Below, in pieces: positions 63,563-64,000 of a stretch of DNA of 64,000 nucleotides. Under the pieces are notes generated by a model. It was not told where the DNA came from, made no database searches, and saw only the letters and a list, made by a program, of their open reading frames with translations. The DNA is taken from positions 6,021-70,020 of the forward strand of contig JAFQEE010000043.1 of NCBI GenBank assembly GCA_017399175.1, written 5' to 3'. Each line of letters starts with the position of its first letter. Within the stretch, counting starts at the first letter, position 1. The DNA comes from Clostridia bacterium (GTDB lineage Bacteria; Bacillota; Clostridia; Oscillospirales; Acutalibacteraceae). Both the position numbers and the translations under genes were made by a program.

Positions 63563-64000
63563 GTGTCGAACAGATTATTTCAGGGTATAGTTCACCAGAT
63601 GTCTGATGTTGTTGAAAGAACATTTGGTGTTATCGATGAAACAGGAACTGTTATTTCCTGCAGTGAATTAGGACGAATCGGCGAGGTTCAGTCCAACGCT
63701 GTTGCAGAGGTTTTTGCTTCTGACGAAAAGACAGTTATTGACGGCTACACATACAAAGCTTTCAGTATGCATATGCATCCTGCTTATGCGGTTTTTGTTG
63801 AGGGTGATGATATTACTGCTGACCGTTATGTTGGCATTCTCTCTGTTTCACTTTCCACAATCAAGCAGTATTATGACGAAAAATATGACCGCGGTAATTT
63901 CATTAAAAATGTAATTCTCGATAATATTCTTCCCGGCGACATTTATATCAAAGCAAGGGAACTTCACTTTAATAACGATGTTACTCGTGTAGTTCTTCTT
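63563..64000 (+). CDS. Partial (5' part) CdaR/PucR-like regulator, runs off the window
   Basis: Open frame of 146 codons from GTG 63563, behind AAAGGTGG. It is not in the ORF track because it has no stop. The N-terminus resembles clostridial sugar-diacid-regulator-like proteins. Confidence 0.5.
   Translation, partial: MSNRLFQGIVHQMSDVVERTFGVIDETGTVISCSELGRIGEVQSNAVAEVFASDEKTVIDGYTYKAFSMHMHPAYAVFVEGDDITADRYVGILSVSLSTIKQYYDEKYDRGNFIKNVILDNILPGDIYIKARELHFNNDVTRVVLL

Noticed and set aside
63702-63914. 70-aa plus-strand ORF from the track
   Set aside because: A longer open frame from GTG 63563, with a strong RBS, runs through it to the window end and reads like a real regulator N-terminus.

Overview
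Chromosomal window from a low-GC, spore-forming Clostridia genome, probably Ruminococcaceae/Oscillospiraceae-like (cohesin and dockerin modules; spoVD/spoVE-type, yqfC, yqfD and ylbJ genes). About 58 kb is syntenic housekeeping sequence. It holds a TetR-regulated GPH transporter and an arylpyruvate/phenylacetate cluster (Na:solute symporter, acyl-CoA synthetase, iorA, iorB, T-box, paaK, ACT). Next come hisHF, pncB and ppa, then a dcw cluster (mraZ to ftsZ, without murD, murC or ftsA) and two cohesin-bearing surface proteins. The remainder runs ylbJ-yqfCD-phoH-ybeY-dgkA-era-recO-mutS2, ylxM-ffh-rpsP-KH-rimM-trmD, ptsH, uvrC, rsmD and coaD. The accessory part is the first ~5.8 kb, which is visibly AT-rich (20-35% G+C in spot counts versus about 45% in one spot-counted core stretch). 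It contains (i) a tight minus-strand three-gene operon: a 391-aa orphan protein, a 315-aa protein with class III nucleotidyl-cyclase-like motifs, and a 236-aa protein with two N-terminal TM helices plus a beta-rich domain; (ii) a LytTR gene broken at a homopolymer; (iii) a 520-aa fusion of a KptA/DarT-like (ADP-ribosyltransferase-fold-like) region with a Cys4 HNH-like nuclease motif. I read (i) as a candidate cyclic-nucleotide signalling abortive-infection module and (iii) as a candidate single-gene defence or toxin protein. Both calls rest on motif reading only. Other notable items are a T-box with an apparent UUC (Phe) specifier placed between iorB and paaK, three related TetR-type palindromic operators, three families of dispersed intergenic hairpin/heptad repeats, an orphan tnpV module, tandem Cys-rich repeats in a cohesin-LRR protein, and a YqzL-like small ORF absent from the ORF track. 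No rRNA, tRNA or CRISPR array was seen.
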